49,779 nt of DNA from a virus, in IMG/VR virus record IMGVR_UViG_3300021387_001333, positions 1 through 49,779 of that record, one strand, 5' to 3'. Of the stretch, positions 48,646 to 49,779 are shown piece after piece (positions within the stretch are counted from its first letter, which is position 1; the number at the start of each line of letters is the position of its first letter). The translations under genes and the position numbers were made by a program. The notes under the pieces were generated by a model. That model saw nothing but the letters and a program-made list of their open reading frames with translations, made no database searches and was not told where the DNA came from.

Positions 48646-49552
48646 TGGTAGCTGCCGCAAAGTTTATTGACAAGGTCTGGATTCCGCTCAATGACGGATG
48701 GGGCTACATTCTATCTATGGCACTTGGGGAAGCCTATGGACGGAAGCCAAACAACAGGCCGCGACCCGTGAGCAGACAAAGAAATATGGCGCAAAGTGGA
48801 TTGGTCACATGGTCACAGACTGTTCCGGTCTTGTCCGCTGGGCATTAAACGAACTTGGCGAAAAAATCGTTCACCATGCCACCTACCAGTACACGGACTG
48901 GTGTAAAAACAAAGGTAAACTGGTAGACGGTCAGCGGACGGACGGCAATCCTATCCTGCCCGGAACGCTGGTGTTTCTGCAAGGCAATCAGGAGAAAATT
49001 CATCACGTCGGCGTGTATGTCGGTGATGGAATTGTTATCGAGGCGAAGGGAACACAAGCCGGGGTCATTACGTCCGGCCTGGAAAAATGGGATCATTGGG
49101 GAGAGTGCAAATTGATTGACTATACGAACGCCGCCGAATTGGACGGCTATGTCCCGGAGCAAAAGCAGAATGACGTGCTGTTCAAGGGAGAAGTGGACAA
49201 CCCGAATACCTGGCTCAACGTCCGCTCTGGCCCCGGAAAGCATTATCCCGTCCAGTTCCAGGTGCAGAAGGGTACTATTGTAGACGTGCTGGCTGAATCC
49301 GGCGAATGGTATCAGATTCGTTCCGGCAGTCGTATTGGCTGGGCATCTGCTGAATATATCCTTCCACTTCCTGCGGAAGAGCCGGAAGCACCTATCCTGC
49401 CCGATGATGATACAGACGGAGACTACGACGATGACAAGAACAAGAACGATGACATTGTAATTAAATCGTCTATCATTACGGATTTAGAAAGCGTCCTGTC
49501 CGGTCTGTCTGACCTTGAAAACAGGGTAGCCGATATACTGAGGAGGTTGTGA
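48645..49552 (+). CDS. NlpC/P60 endopeptidase + SH3 endolysin, reading frame broken near 48711-48715
   Basis: ATG 48645 has a strong SD (AAGGGGGTGA) and encodes MVAAAKFIDKVWIPLNDGWGYI. The remainder (YGTWGSLWTEAKQ...DCSGLV...HHVGVYVG... SH3-like WYQIRSG) lies in the -1 frame as ORF 48698..49552. Confidence 0.8.
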
Positions 49553-49553
49553 T

Positions 49554-49643
49554 ATGCCGGTATGGGTCATCGTTGTGATATGCGCTGTCTGCATTGCCGT
49601 CGTAGAGTGGCTGATTCTGTTAGGCAAAAACAAAAGGCTATGA
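49554..49643 (+). CDS. 29-aa hydrophobic peptide (below the ORF-track cutoff)
   Basis: ATG 49554 follows GAGGAGG. The sequence is MPVWVIVVICAVCIAVVEWLILLGKNKRL. The stop overlaps the next ATG (ATGA). Confidence 0.45.
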   Translation: MPVWVIVVICAVCIAVVEWLILLGKNKRL

Positions 49644-49779
49644 CTAACTCTCCATGTAAAGGCTGTGAGCGAAGGACGGCCCGTCCGAACTGTCACGCAA
49701 CCTGTCAGGACTACAAAGATTTCGTGATTGAGCGGCAAAAATATCACGATGAGCGGCGAAAACAGTCTGTCATTGCCGA
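49640..49779 (+). CDS. Small Cys-rich protein, N-terminal part (continues at 108-159 of the circular unit)
   Basis: ATG 49640; the frame stays open to the window end. Confidence 0.55.
   Translation, partial: MTNSPCKGCERRTARPNCHATCQDYKDFVIERQKYHDERRKQSVIA
49673..49779. repeat. Terminal direct repeat, copy B (identical to 1-107)
   Basis: See copy A. Confidence 0.97.

Overview
The window is a complete, circularly closed genome of a temperate, siphovirus-like tailed phage or prophage. Bases 1-107 are identical to 49673-49779, so the unit length is 49,672 bp. GGAGG-type ribosome binding sites, a SpoIID-type lysin and an attP that carries a tRNA-Arg-like 3' fragment point to a Gram-positive, probably Clostridia-type, host. 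Almost all genes are on the + strand. The gene order is as follows. (1) The lysis cassette tail and holin-like genes wrap around the junction (49554-1169). (2) An accessory, moron-like region has its own sigma70-type promoters and terminators (1191-8919). (3) attP lies at about 8947-9193. (4) A minus-strand lysogeny operon encodes integrase, a secreted protein and a cI-like repressor (9135-11097). (5) A genetic switch has three palindromic operators (11120-11201). (6) Early, recombination and replication genes follow: Cro-like, Xis-like, Rad52-like SSAP, SSB, a replication protein with internal iterons, a DNA methyltransferase, many small Cys-rich ORFs and dUTPase (11245-23300). (7) The packaging module encodes a ParB-like protein, a GT-A-like transferase, TerS and TerL (23355-26854). 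(8) The head genes follow (26864-32051). (9) The connector and tail genes include the G/GT frameshifted chaperone, the tape measure, Dit, a 1274-aa Tal and several fibre proteins including an SGNH esterase (32067-47467). (10) The lysis genes are a SpoIID-like lysin, an HNH-like gene and an NlpC/P60-SH3 endolysin (47514-49552). The observations most worth a second look are these: a group I intron with a GIY-YIG homing endonuclease that splits a Cys/Gly-rich membrane protein gene (5962-7254); a 306-nt ORF-free segment holding an aberrant tRNA-Leu-like cloverleaf flanked by two related stem-closed modules (20518-20823); a 360-nt ORF-poor leader with nested long-range helices (17066-17428); a ParB-like plus GT-A-like gene pair at the head of the packaging operon; a 20-nt motif repeated exactly in front of both late operons, together with three hairpins that share an identical loop and overlap the scaffold-gene SD; a probable -1 frameshift that fuses an Ig/cadherin-like domain to the major tail protein; and frame-disrupting small tandem duplications in the endolysin and a DUF551 gene. 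Every family assignment comes from motifs I recognise by eye. No database search or folding program was run.
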